The notes: generated from the letters alone by a model not told the origin. Shown: positions 1 to 12,865, numbered from the stretch's first letter. The stretch is 64,000 nt of DNA from the human T2T-CHM13v2.0 reference genome, Homo sapiens (GCF_009914755.1 NC_060933.1); one strand, 5' to 3'. Numbers and translations are program-made.

Positions 1-78
1 TGTGTTAGCCAGGATGGTCTTGATCTCCTGACCTCGTGATCTGCCCGCTTTGATCCTTTGGGATTTGGCCTCCCAAAG
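1..78 (-). mobile_element. Alu left-arm fragment (cut by window edge, 5'-truncated)
   Basis: tgttagccaggatggtcttgatctcctgacctcgtgatctgcccg...ggcctcccaaag matches antisense Alu. Confidence 0.9.
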
Positions 79-984
79 GGGTCTGTTTCATACTGTGCTC
101 ATTATCCTCAGAGAAGCCTACCCAGGAAATAGGAGCGTTAACCTGTGTGCTGTGTGAAAGTGACAAGAGGCAGCCCAGGCCTTCTGGAGATGGTTGGCGG
201 CCTTTGCCAGACACTCGCCCTTCTGGTCTTGGTCCCTCAGGAGATGTTTAGAGGTCACTCACTGGACCCAGGAGGGTTCTGGAAATAGAACTGATGCCAG
301 AGGAAGAGAACAGCATTGGGCTGTTGGCCTCTGATGCTTCTCTCAGTTTCCAAATATTGAAACCCCACCCTGGGCTCTTTGGATGTGCTCCTGAGAGCTA
401 CATGGACCCCTGCTGAGACTGAGACCATCACACCCAGAGACCACCTCACACCAAAGCAGTCCATGGGAGGCTGCTCTCATGGGGTGTGAAGTTTTCACTG
501 CCTTCGCATGAAAGGTCCATCTCCTCAAATGGCCCTGTGGCTTTAAGACCCCCTCAAAAGACCCACTGCATCCACCCTCTGCCCTGGAGCAAGCTATTTC
601 CGCCCCTCTAGGAGTGGAGGTCCTCTGCAGAGCAGCCTCTGGCTCCTGCCCTGGGCTTCGTCTTCTGAACAGTGTGCCTACGGGGGCCTGGCATCGTATG
701 ACGTAACAGCACTGTGACATCAGACCTCTCCAGCATGTCCGTCCCAGCCTGGAGCAGAGCAAGCTCACTGAAATCACCAACGCCCTTCCTCTTTGCTCCC
801 GTGATCAGGCTCCAAAGTGGCTATTTCCGAAACTTCAGCCCGAGCATACTTATTTTGTCTTGATCAAATTGAGTTTGTGGGCCGCCTCTTAGGATAAGGC
901 AATTTAGGCCCTGATTGGGGGTGCTGTTGCCCAAGCCTTGGAGACCAGACAGACATCTGGGGCACAGAAGTAGTGGCAGTTGTT

Positions 985-1140
985 TTAGGGAAAGTGGATC
1001 TGAGTTCTCATATCGACTCCATCACCTATCAGCTGTGAGATCCTGAATGGGCCACAGTAAACTCTCTGTGCCCCCGGTTCGCTGTCAGCCACATGAGGAT
1101 GACGGCAACTCCTGCACAGGTATGGTGAGGATTGCAGGAG
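985..1140 (+). mobile_element. MIR fragment
   Basis: Degenerate MIR core (agctgtgagatcctg...aactctctgtgccccc). Confidence 0.5.
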
Positions 1141-1564
1141 TTGACAGAGGACGACGACCCTGCATGTTCCCTGGCAGGCAGCAAGCACGGAATCGATGCC
1201 AGCTGAAACTGGATTTGAGTGGATGCATGAGCCTTCTCTCAGGGCCTTCAACTACCTGACACAGAAGTTCTGTGTTCCCTGCATAGATTGGTCTTGTTCA
1301 AGCTGCATATTTAGCAGCAAATGAGTCAGGTGGAAAGTTTCCTTTGCGAGCAATGCCAAGCCCTGAGCCCCTAAACTCCTTTGTTAGCAACTGAAACTGA
1401 ATCACTCAACTCTTCTCAATATCTTTTCTTTTGCATTTTAGCTAACACTGATGACCATTTGCTAGGCTCTGCTCTTTTTTTTTTTTTTTCACTTTTACTT
1501 ACATAAAGTGTCTCATGTAATTCTTAAATAACCCTTGTGAAGTTAGGACTTCAATGAGTGTGTG

Positions 1565-1770
1565 TTACGGATTCAAATCCTGCCTGTACCACTTTTGAGC
1601 TCTTTGAACAAGGGTAAGTTTCTTACCTCCCTGTGCCTCAGTTTCCTCACTGGTAAAATACCTACAATGATAGTACCTGCCTCTTGGGTTATTGTGTCAT
1701 TAAATAATACATGCAAATGCTAAGAAAGGGGCTTGGTAGACAGGAAGCATTCCATACGTGTTAGTTATAA
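1565..1770 (+). mobile_element. MIR
   Basis: MIR core ttcaaatcctgcc...ctgtgcctcagtttcctcactggtaaaa. Confidence 0.75.
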
Positions 1771-2687
1771 CAGCAAGAAGCTCAGAGAAGTTAATTGTCT
1801 GAACCCATTCCTGATAGACCTGTGCTGCCTGACTCAAGACCCTTCCGCAGTGTTGAACCAACTTCATTTGCAAATTCTCCTCTCACCACGAAGTGACCCC
1901 ACCTCATGGAGTGGCCTGACTGGGAGACAGCGTCATCTGATTCTCCATCATCCGGCTGCACAACCTCGTGGGTGGCCTTGGCATGGAGCAGTTGTTACCC
2001 ACGGCTCCTGCTGCTCTCTGTAAGATTGAATGCATCCAAATAGATTGTGATTGCCCTTCTAGTTGCATGCTTTTTTCTCTTCCTTCACCTCTGGCCCTTC
2101 CTGTAGCCTTCCACCCACCTTGCTGGTCACCACCTGGCTAGGTGTCTGTAGTTATTTCAGCTGTCCATTGTGGGGCAGTGTCTGGGGCTGTATGGCACGC
2201 ATGTCAGGTGAAACAGAATGGAGTACACAGCACACTGGTGGGTCCTGGGGACACGTAAAAGGAGGATACACAACTCAACTCTCCAGGTGCCATAACCAAA
2301 TGGGAGAAATAGGACATGCCAAGAAAAGGCCTGAGAATGGAGCCTCCCAGCCTGGGGCACATGAGCATGGAGCACAGCACATTCTGTTTCCCCACGTCAA
2401 TGACAGTCAAAGTTTCATTCTAGGCACTGAACCCAGAAGGCTCCCTGGAGGAGGTGACCTGAGTACTGTTTGAAGAATTCATGTGATTTAACAGAGTCAA
2501 TGAGAATACACACACACAAATTCCTTCAGGAATTCTAGTGTGCACTATAAAATTCACTGTAGTAGTGGTAACTCCCATTTATTGAACATATAGTATGAGC
2601 CAGATACTTTGTACAGTTACTTTCATGGATTAGTTCTTTGAATCGTCACATTCCACACAAATTCCTTCAGTTGCTATGTTTATTTTT

Positions 2688-3004
2688 GTTATTTTTATTT
2701 ATTTATGTATTTATTTATTTTTGAGACCAAGTCTTGCTCTGTCGCCAGGCTGGAGTGCAATGGCATGATCTTGGCTCACTACAACCTGGGTTCAAGTCCT
2801 GGGTTCAAGTGATTCTCCTGCCTCAGCCTCCTGAATAGCTGGGACTACAGGTGCGTGCCACCACGCCCAGCTAATTTTTGTATTTTCAGTAGAGACGAGG
2901 TTTCACCATGTTCGCCAGGATGGTCTCCATCTCTTGACCTCTTGATCCACTGCCTTGGCTTTCCAAAGTGCTGGGATTCCAGGCCTGAGCCACCATGCCC
3001 GGCC
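2688..3004 (-). mobile_element. Alu (AluS-like), full length
   Basis: Antisense dimeric Alu with (TTTA)n tail; 14-bp TSD ctatgtttattttt at 2674-2687 and 3006-3019. Confidence 0.95.
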
Positions 3005-3029
3005 ACTATGTTTATTTTTATAAAAATAG

Positions 3030-3250
3030 CAGTAATAATGATTACCCCCACTGAGCACGGAAGACGGGCCAGATGCCTGAAGACTGTGCTCAGGATCCCA
3101 TCTAAGCAACACAACCATCTGAGGGGTGGGCATGAATATTTGCATTTTATATGTGACAATGGACACACAGAGAGGCTGAGTGACCTGCCCCAAACCACAC
3201 AGCTGATAAGTAGTGAGCCCACATTTGACCTTATAAAACCTGAATCACAG
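3030..3250 (-). mobile_element. MIR
   Basis: cagagaggctgagtgacctgccccaaaccacacagctgataagtagtgagccc, antisense MIR core. Confidence 0.65.
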
Positions 3251-3519
3251 GGATGATACAACGTAACTCTTCCATAATGTGTCCCCCTACTTTTTTAAAA
3301 GAATCATTACATTGAAAATGTGTCATTCACATATTTCTCAGCAAGGCAATGTGCTGGCACTGAATATTGTAAGATTTAGTCTCTGCACTCCAGGTTTTCC
3401 ATTTAGTTGTGGTGCTTAGAACTAACATCAAGGCTCTAAGTTAAATAAAACAATTGCAAAATAGAGCTGATTTTCTGATAAGGTGGGTTTTTTGCATACT
3501 AAGGCCAAGATTTACACTT

Positions 3520-3662
3520 TCTTTTTTACTTTTATTTATTTTTTTTAGAGACAGAGTCTTGCTCTGCCTCCCAGGCTGGAGTGCAGTGGTGCAATCATAG
3601 CTCACTGTAGCCTCAGCCTCCTGAAGTGCTGGGATTACAGGCATGAGCCACTGCACCCGGCT
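3520..3662 (-). mobile_element. Alu monomer-length element (AluJ/FLAM-like)
   Basis: gagacagagtcttgctctg...gtgctgggattacaggcatgagccac; imperfect TSD ccaagatttacact / ccaggatttacatt. Confidence 0.85.
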
Positions 3663-3809
3663 CCAGGATTTACATTTTAAAAGTTTTGTCAAAAATCTCA
3701 TCAATGAGTTCATTTCCTGAGTAGGTTTTCTAACTTGTTTTTCATGATTAATGATTAATGCAGACTGGTGAAATGCCTCTGCTTTTCAACCCGTTTACCG
3801 CACTGGACC

Positions 3810-4360
3810 TGCTGGGCAGGGAGGCGGCTTCTGTCCTGGCTCCCAGTGACCCTGCCTCTTGGTGTTCAGGCCTTTATGTGATTCCTCCCCTTGGATATGG
3901 GCTGGACCTGGCGACCTAATGCTAATAGAATATGGCAAAAATGCTGGCATATCACTTCTGTGACTAAATAACAAAACACTCGTGACTTTGGTTGTCCATT
4001 CCTTGCAGGATATGTCTGGCACTCCTGTTTGCTCATTCTGAAGAAGCAGGCCATGCTTTGAGCTGCACGATGGAGAGGCCCATGTGGCAAAAGACTAAGG
4101 AGGCCTCTGGCTAGCAGCCAGTGGGGAGCGGAGTCCTGCCAGCAACCATGTGCATGAGCTGGGCACAGACCCTTCCTGGGGCAAGTCTGGAGGAAAGAGT
4201 GCTGTCCCTGACACCTTGATCACAGCCTGGAGAGACTGGGAAGCAGTGGACCTAGCTGAGCCCCTCCCAGGCCTGTGATCCGTAGGAACCGTGAGACCGT
4301 AACTGTTGCTTCCAGCCACTGAGTTTTGGGGTATTAGTTATGCAGCAGTAGATACTAAAT
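3810..4360 (+). mobile_element. MaLR LTR (MLT1E/F-like)
   Basis: ctcccagtgaccctgcctcttggtgttca...gagaggcccatgtggcaaa...gttatgcagcagtagatactaa. Confidence 0.8.
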
Positions 4361-4569
4361 GCCTGCTAGAGAGTCAGGCACCATCTCTGGCAGCACCCTT
4401 CTGGATGGCCCTCATTTTTCATCCCCAGCCCTGCCCACCTGAGCTTCTCCCTACCAAAAAGAAATGTGGGAAAAAAAAACCTCTCTACATTGTGGTATCT
4501 GAAATGACAAACTCATGCCTTGGTTTGTTCACCAGTGGAGAATCGTCAGTCCTCCTCTTCCTTTGCCAC

Positions 4570-5620
4570 AGCGCATCATCCCTGCCTCCCTAACACAGCT
4601 CTTCACTTGTCTCAGGTCATGGCACGCTTGTGGGGTTTCCTCCTACCTCCTTGGTGGCTCTGTTTCAGCCTCTTTCCTGGTTTGTTCTCTTCCTCCACCT
4701 GTCAACATGGGAAGGACCCACACCTCAGGCCTCGGTCCTTCTGTCTTCTCTGTGTACACCACCCCCCTGGCAACCACACTCCATTGCTCAGCCTCTAGTG
4801 CCACCTGGATGGCAGTCTCCCTTTCCATTTCTAGTCCAGGCTTCTCTCTTGAGTCTAGATTCACATATCAAATTCCCTACCTGAGATCCCCACTTGGGCT
4901 TCTAATAGACATTTCAAATAAAACATGTCCCAAAGTGAATGCCTAGTCTTCGTCTCAAAACCTGCAGCTTGAGATGATGGCAACATCAGCCTCTCAATTG
5001 CTCAGACCAAAAATCTTGAACTCATCTTAGCTCCTCCTTTTCGCACTCTTCATCTTACCTGTCAACAAATCCTGTCAACTCTGTCTTTAAAATATGGCTA
5101 GAATTCAATCTGCTCTCACCACCTCCGTGGATCCCATCCTGCTCCAAGCCATGATCATGTGGCCCCGTGATGGCCACAGCAGCCCCCAGCTGTGTCCTGG
5201 CTGCTCCCTTCATGCCTTCAGTCTGTTCTCTGCACGGAAGCCACAGTGATGCTTTCAAAACCTAAGCTGGGTCACACGTTTGTTCCGAACCCTCCAATCC
5301 CAAGACCCTCTGTGGGATATCCTTGTTTACTCTGCTCCAGCCACAGTGACACCTGGCTCTTCCTGGACAACCTGCCTGTCACATTTTTACCATGGCTCTT
5401 TGCCCTGGCTACTCTAACCACCTGGATGTTCAACACATTCAACTCCTTCACCTCCTTTAGGTCTTTCTTCAAATGTCACCTCCTCATTGAGGAGAAATTA
5501 AAACTACAACTCTAACCCTCAGTATTCCGAACCCTCCTTACCAGGATACACCTTTTCTTTTCTTCACCGAACTTATCATCTTCTACCATACTATAAAATT
5601 TACTTTTTAAAAATTATGTT
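4570..5620 (+). mobile_element. L2 3' region (continues at 7940-8078 after the L1 insertion)
   Basis: L2 motifs: aaacatgtcccaaagtgaa, ttgctcagaccaaaaatcttg, ttcaaatgtcacctcctca. Confidence 0.75.
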
Positions 5621-5622
5621 TG

Positions 5623-7930
5623 CCAGGGCAGTTAAGTGAACAAAAAGAAATAAAAGGCATCCAGATTGGAAAGAAAGACAAAAAACTAACTCTAGTTGTA
5701 GATGACATGATATATAGGAAATCCTAAGAAATCCCCTAAAGAACTATTAAAACTAGCAAACGAGTTTAGCAAGGTTCAGGATATACAAGAACAATATACA
5801 AAAATTATTGTATTGAACAATCCGAAAGTGAAATTAAGAAAACAATTTCATTCATAATTGCACAAAAAGATAAAGTATTTAAGAATAAATTTAACAAAAG
5901 AAGTGCATGACTTGTGCATTGAAAACTAGAAAGCATTGTTGAAAGAAGTGAACTGGAAGGATATCCCACGTTCCTGTGTTGGAAGGCTTAATATTGTTAA
6001 GATGGCAATGTTCCCCAAAGTGATCTCCAGGTTCAATACAACACTTATCAGAATCCCAGCTGCCTTTTTTCTTTTTTTTCGCAGAAATAGGCAAGCTTAT
6101 TGTAAAATTCATATAGAAATTCAAAGGACCCAGATTAGCCGAAACAAGTCTGAAAAAGAACAAAGTTGGAGGACTCACACTTTCAAATTTCAAAGCTTCC
6201 AAAACTACAGTAATCAAGAGAGTGTGTTGGTGATATTAGGCTAGACATATTAATCAATAAAACAGAACTGAAAGTCCAGAAATAAATCCTTACATTTACG
6301 TTCAATTGATTTTCCACAAGGGTGCCAAAACAATTCAATGATGAAAATTAAGCTTTGGTGTTGGGAAAACTGGATATCCACATGCAAAAGAATGAAATTA
6401 GATCCCTACCTGGCATCATATATGAAAATGAACTTAAAATGCATTATAGGCCTCAATGTAAGAGCTAAAACTGTAAAGCTCTTAGGAAAAAACATAACAG
6501 TAACTCTTCATGAACTTGATTTAGGCAAAGCTTTCTTATATATAACACCAAAAGCACAAATGGCAAAAGAAAATATAGATGAATTCACCAAAATTGAAAA
6601 ACTTTTGTGCTGCAAATGTTACCATTGAGAAAGCAAACAAAACAAAACAAAACAAAAAAACAAAAACAATCCACAGGATGAGAGGAAATATTTTCAAATC
6701 ATGTTTGGTGAGGATTTAATATCCAGAATATGTAAAGAACTGTTACAATGCAACAACAAAAAGGCAAACAATACAATTTAAAAATGGGTGAAAGACTTGA
6801 ATAGCCGTTTTTCCAAAGAAGGTATATAAATACTCAACAAGCACATGAAAAAATGCTTCACATCATTAGTCATTAGCGAAATGCAAATTTAAAATCCCAA
6901 AGAGATATCATTTCATACCCACCAGCATGGCTCTAAGCAATTTTTGTTGTTTGTTTTTCTTTGAGACAGGGTCTCGCTCTGTCATCCAGGCTGGAGTGCA
7001 GTGGTGAGATCTTGGCTCACTGCAACCTCTGCCTCTAAGGCTCAAGTGATCTTCCCACCTCAGCCTCCAGAGTAGCTGGGACTACAGACACATGCTATCA
7101 CACCCAGCTAATTTTTGTGTTTTTCTAGAGATGAAGTCTTGCCATGTTGCTGAGGCTGGTCTCCAACTCCTGGACCCACGTTATCCTTCCATCTTGGCCT
7201 CCTAAAGTGCTGAGATTATAGGAGTGAGCCACTGTGCCTGGCTGGCTCTAATAAATTTTAAAAAAGAAAAATAACAAGTGTTGCTGAGAATGTGGAGAAA
7301 TGGGAAGCCTCGTATATTGCTGATGAGAATGTAAAATGGCACAGTCACTGCAGAAATGTTTGGTGGTTCCTTAAAAAGTTAAGCATAGGATCATAATATG
7401 ACCCAGCAATTCCACACCTAGGTATACACCCAGAAAAGATTGAAAACAAATACTTGTTCATGAATGTTCATGGCAGCACTCTTCACAACAGCAAAAAGGG
7501 GTAGACAACCTAAATGCTCATCCGTTGAGAAATAAATAGATAAAATGTGGTATATTCATACCGTGGGGTATTATTTGGCAATAGCAAAGAGTGAAGGATC
7601 AGTGCCACACGTGGATGAACCTTGATGGCACGATGCTAAGTGAAAGAAGCCAGACACAAAAGACCACGTATTTATTGTGTGATTCCACTTATAGGAAATG
7701 TTCGGCCTAGGCAAATTCATAGAGACAGAAAGTAGATTAGTGTCTGGCAGAGGTGAGGTGAGAGGGGCTGGGATGGGGGAGTGACTGCCGATGCATGTGT
7801 GGTTTCTTCTTGGAGTGATGAAAGTGATGATTGCACAACTCTGTATATCATAGAAGCCAGGTAAATGTACACTTTTAATGGGTGAATTTCCTGGTACATG
7901 AATTATATCTCAGTGAAGCTGCTTCAAATA
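5623..7930 (+). mobile_element. 5'-truncated L1 (L1MB-like): degraded ORF2 C-terminus and 3' UTR
   Basis: Track ORFs 5936-6244 ([22 protein letters not shown]) and 6338-6628 (WCWENWISTCKRMKLDPYL) are L1 ORF2p peptides; candidate TSD aaattatgtttg (5611) / aaattatgtctg (7930). Confidence 0.93.
6941..7243 (-). mobile_element. AluJ inserted in the L1
   Basis: Antisense dimeric Alu; flanks ggctctaagcaattt / ggctctaataaattt. Confidence 0.93.
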
Positions 7931-7939
7931 AATTATGTC

Positions 7940-8078
7940 TGTTGCTCCTTGGCTGTCTCTACTACCTGGAGTGCGAGTGCAGGGACCAGGGGTCCTTATG
8001 TGTTTTGTTTGCTTGTGTCTTCCCCAGCAGGAAGAGCAGTGGCTGGGACTGAACACATATTTGATGTATGAATGAATA
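7940..8078 (+). mobile_element. L2 3' terminus
   Basis: gcagggaccaggggtccttatgtg...catatttgatgtatgaatgaat, L2-type tail. Confidence 0.6.
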
Positions 8079-8312
8079 CAGGGATATTTTTGTTGAGTTT
8101 TTTATTTCAGAAAAACATAAATACGCTTCAGCCGGACATTACTTTTAGCTATGGTCTATCCTATAAAACTAAGTATAAAAAACTGATGTGCTACTTTCCT
8201 CAGATGAAATTTTGGTAGGAGATAGTGAACAAAATAAGATAACTCTGGAAGGTGCCTGGCCAGGGAGGCAGAAGGCAGGACGGGCTGTGGTGACGTAAGC
8301 TGGGCCTGGTGG

Positions 8313-9064
8313 GAGTGGACTCTGCTGTCCCCTCAGTCAGAAGGTGCGGGCTGGTGACTGGGGCCACCTCCCCTTGAGTGGACTCTGCTGTCCCCTAAGT
8401 CGGAAGGTGCAGGCTGGTGACTGGCACCACCTCCCCATGACCGGACTCTGTTGTCCCCTAAGTTGGAAGGTGCAGGCTGGTGCCTGGGGCCACCTCCCCT
8501 TGAGTGGACTCTGCTGTCTCCTATGTCAGAAGCTGTGGGCTGGTGACTGAGGCCACCTCCCCATGAGCGGACTCTGCTGTCCCCTAAGTCAGAAGGTGCA
8601 GGCTGGTGACTGGGGCCACCTCCCCTTGAGTGGACTCTGCTGTTCCCTAAGTTGGAAGCTGCGAGCTGGTGACTGGGGCCACCTCCCCATGAGTGGACTC
8701 TGCTGTCCTCTAAGTCAGAAGGTGAGGGCTGGTGACTGGAGCCACCTCCCCTTGAGTGGATTCTACTGTCCCCTAAGTCGGAAGCTGTGGGCTGGTGACT
8801 GGGGCCACCTCCCCTTGAGCAGACTCTGCTGTCCCCTAAGTCAGAAGTTGCAGGCTGGCGACTGGGGCCACCTCCCCGTAAGTGGACTCTGCTGTCCCCT
8901 AAGTGGGAAGGTGCAGGCTGGTGACTGGGGCCACCTCCCCGTGAGTGGACTCTGCTGTCCTCTAAGTCGGAAGGTGCGGGCTGGTGACCGGGGCCACCTC
9001 CCTGTGAGTGGACTCTGCTGTCCCCTAAGTCGGAAGGTGCAGGCTGGTGACTGGGGCCACCTCC
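8313..9064. repeat. 63-bp GC-rich minisatellite (VNTR), about 12 units
   Basis: Unit gagtggactctgctgtcccctaagtcggaaggtgcaggctggtgactggggccacctcccc(t/a/g)t starts at 8313, 8376, 8439 and so on to 9006, with exact 63-bp spacing. Confidence 0.98.
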
Positions 9065-9261
9065 AGCTTCAGGTTGTTTTTAAGGCTCTGGCAGCCCACC
9101 CAGCATCGCTGTGTGAATTCCAGAAGGGTGCCTGTCTTCTGGCCCATTTCCCGCTCACTGAGCCCACCGCTGAGGGGAAGGATTTGTGGGGAGAACAGAC
9201 ACTCAGCTGGATTTTAGCCTCCTTGTAAACCCTCCCAAGTGCTCTTAAAAAGTATACAGCA

Positions 9262-9596
<335 letters not shown>

Positions 9597-9619
9597 CTAT
9601 GCATTTAAACATTTTAGAA

Positions 9620-9990
9620 TTGGTGTGTGAGATAGGGAGTCCAGGGCACACAGCTTCTATGGGGCTGGTCTCAGGGAATGCTCGTGGGGAGTGGGGCTGT
9701 GAGAGAGGGAAGGGACAGCCAGCAGTTAAGGACTGATGATGAAACTTGTTAGCAACGGTGCTTCCTCCTGGTGGAAAGGCTGAGGAGCACTGCAGGACAC
9801 AAGGCTCCCAGGGTTCTCCCAGCCTGGGGCGAGGGAGCTGGAGCGTGTATACACCAAGTCCTATCAGTCCCAGAAGGATGCTCCTGGGAGGAGTTAATGC
9901 TCTGACAATTCCAGCCTCTGTGTTCAGGCCCAGAGGCCTTCCAATGCTTTCAAAAAGCCCCCAGGTCCAGAGATGCAATGCCTGGCAGCT
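9620..9990 (-). mobile_element. Old ERVL-class LTR (LTR33-like)
   Basis: ggggagtggggctgtgagagagggaaggga...gagggagctggagcgtgtatacaccaa resembles LTR33/LTR16 family sequence. Confidence 0.5.
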
Positions 9991-12352
9991 GAAAGTCAGC
10001 TTGTACACACTGCAGTTGTAAGGCCCTGGGGTTGTGGGTGTGGCACCCATCATTTCTCCTTGGTTGCCAATATTTTAAAAAATAGGACAAAATATACATT
10101 TCTTGTTTCTCGGGGCAAAAAAGTGAAGACCTGGCAAAACTGGCTGACATTCCTACTAGGCTGCAAACAGCTGGCCATGCCGTTTTGAGCAGGGGCCTGG
10201 GATCCGATTCATTATCACCCCTTCCAGCCTGCTGCAGGTATCCACATCTCTGACAATGCCCCGGTGGGCACTTGCTTTGTGATTTGTGTGATTTGTGCCT
10301 GAGACCACAAAACTCCTAGCCTGAATTGCATGGGTGATGGTTGAACTGACGTGCCCTATGAAAAGAGGCATAAAAAAAAAACAAGATATAAATTAAAAAA
10401 AAATTTTCCCCAAAGGGCTATGACCAATACATGCTTGACTTGTGAGTGTTGAAAGCTCTGGCCAGTATTTTCATATATGTAGTTCCTGCTGAGCCTCCCT
10501 TAAGTCTAGGGTGGGCCAGGGCTTTGATCCAGGGCCCCTTTGTGCATGATTGGCCCTCACACTTGCATGACCAAGCCGCAGATGCTCCAGGACTCAGCAG
10601 GCCAGCCCTTGTGCGAGGCCCCTGACCTGGGCCTGGCCTGGGGCCAAGGTGTGGTAGTATTCGCTTGCTGGAGAGATCCACTGAGGCTGCGTGACCTGGG
10701 AGCCCACTCAGACCAGCGCGGGGGCCAAGCGGGGCCTTTGGGCCGGATTCACGGAGAGCGCTGCCTGTTACTAGGCAATAGGCCATCAGGATGATCAGTA
10801 GCCACAGGCAGCAGCGGGAACAGATCCTTCCCATAGACTCTGCCTCACCCTCTCGCATGTGGAACCGGCTTCCACCGAGCAGTTTTGGAACAATCATTTC
10901 AGAGCCAATCTTTTAAATTAGTCTCTGTAAATATAGAAATTGACTTTGGGTTGTTTCATTTTGGTGCTGGCCTCCACCTTGGCGGCCCTGTCTTGGGTCG
11001 TGCAGCAATTCTGTAAGGACAGGTTTTTGCCACCGACATCCCTATATCTACATGGTCCCTCTAGCCATGTTAATTTCAGAGCAGTGGGACTTCCTACTCC
11101 GTGGCTTAGGGCTCCCAAGAGACATATCCCAGGAGGACTGAGCCAATGCTGTTGCCGTGTATGATCTAGTGGAAGTCACGTGGCATTTTCCACCTAGGCC
11201 ACCAGCCAGGGAAGTCACACAATTCTGCTCAGGTTCAAGGGGAGGGGGTATGGACTCCACCTCTTGATAGGGGAGGGGCAAGGTTCTGGAAGAGTGTATG
11301 GCAAGGGTAATTGTGCGAGGCCAGTTCTGGAAAATAAACCTGCCACCATCTCCTGATGGGGCCCAGGTCTGTAGGGCAGAGCACAGGCCCAGGGATTCTG
11401 GAACTCTGAGGCCATCTTGGGCCCTTTGGTATCAGCAGTCACCGTGAGCCAAAGGACAGTACTGGCAGCTGCTCCCAGGGTCCCTGGGGATCGCAGAGGT
11501 GTTTGGGGTTTGGATGAGCTAGCTGTGGCCTCTGTAGCCGAGACTGAATTGAATTAACGGGATCAGTGTCAGAATCCCATCAATATATGCTGTTTCTGGG
11601 GTTTGCTAGGTGACAGACTCACCCCTAACTTTTGCAGGCTCAAAGCAAGAGTACATATGGAGCTCTACCTGCCATATGTCTAAATATTTACAGTTTATAA
11701 ATAAAGCAAACTAATTGTTAAATGACTACCTTATCCTGTCATCTTGGCAGATATCCTTCTTAATGAACTGAAAAGCTAGATTTGAATTTGGATTTCCTGA
11801 ATTCCTGGGAGTTTCCTAAGTGGGGAGAACCATCCCTCAGCCCTCAAAGCAAACCCTGTCTGGCTTCACACCCCGGCTTTGCTCCACACTGTAAAGGGCT
11901 TCAAATGTATGCATGTGCACACCGCAGCCTGCACCTCTGAGCTCCTTCTGCGTACCTTGCAAACATCTACTGTTGGCCACTTCTTGGACTTGAAAGTTTA
12001 TGCCCTAGAAGCACAGTCCATCATGGGACGGAGGACCAGGGAAAGAGGCCCCACAAGTGCTGGAAGCAGGCTTGGGGCTCTATGGGCAGGGAAACCTGGG
12101 GCCCCAGGACCCTAGAGCGTGGCCTCCAAAAGAGGATCTGGGCTCCTGGTGGGCCCATCCTAAACTAGCAGATTTCTTGCTTCATGGTGGGGGGATCACA
12201 GTGGCCAGAGAAGGGCCATAGGCGTTCTTTGAAGCGTGTGGGAGCTCCAGCGCAGGGGCCCTCTTGATCAGGTCCACTGATGTCTGGCTTGACGCTGGGG
12301 CTCCTGGCCTACCTGGCTGTAGGTGGGCTGCTTCTGCCAGTCTCCAGCCTGC

Positions 12353-12488
12353 TTTTTTTTCCTTTCTTTTAAAAAATGGAGTCTTGCTATGTTGCCCAGG
12401 CTGGGCTCTAACTCCTGGGTTCAAGCAATCCTCCTGCCTTGGCCTCCCAAAATGCTGAGATTACAGGTGTGAGCCACCATGCTCAGCC
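12353..12488 (-). mobile_element. Alu monomer (FLAM/AluJ left arm)
   Basis: gtcttgctatgttgcccaggctg...cctcccaaaatgctgagattacaggtgtgagccacc. Confidence 0.9.
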
Positions 12489-12679
12489 GGGGCTATTTTC
12501 TTTGGATGGATTTTGTTAGGTTTGCGGGGAGACTGGATGGATCACTAGCATGTCTTTGGTACTTATGAAGATGAAAGATATTTTGTTATTTTTAGTTCCA
12601 CTAAGCAGGGGGGATTGGAATTAGAGGAATTGTTGGATGGTAGAACCTGTAGCTACACAAAGCTTCCTTAGCACTGCCT

Positions 12680-12865
12680 AGTAATAATAACTTCCACTTC
12701 CTGAGCCCTTAGGAAGGGCCAGGCAAGTGTCATTGTTTTCTACATTGTATAGATGAGAAAACTGGGGCTCAGAGAAGTTAAGTAATGTGCCCAAGGTCCT
12801 ACAGTTAGTTAGTAGCAATTACAGCATTTGAACCAGATATCGCCAAAGCACATGCTCTTGTTACA
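12680..12865 (-). mobile_element. MIR
   Basis: atagatgagaaaactggggctcagagaagttaagtaatgtgcccaaggtc. Confidence 0.75.

Noticed and set aside
5936-6628. Protein-like ORFs (102 and 96 aa)
   Set aside because: Fragments of decayed L1 ORF2p broken by stops and frameshifts.
8313-9064. CRISPR-like array
   Set aside because: Head-to-tail units with no unique spacers, no cas genes, and primate context; it is a minisatellite.
11630-12160. Possible old DNA transposon or unclassified repeat
   Set aside because: Looks repeat-like, but I could not match it to a family with confidence.
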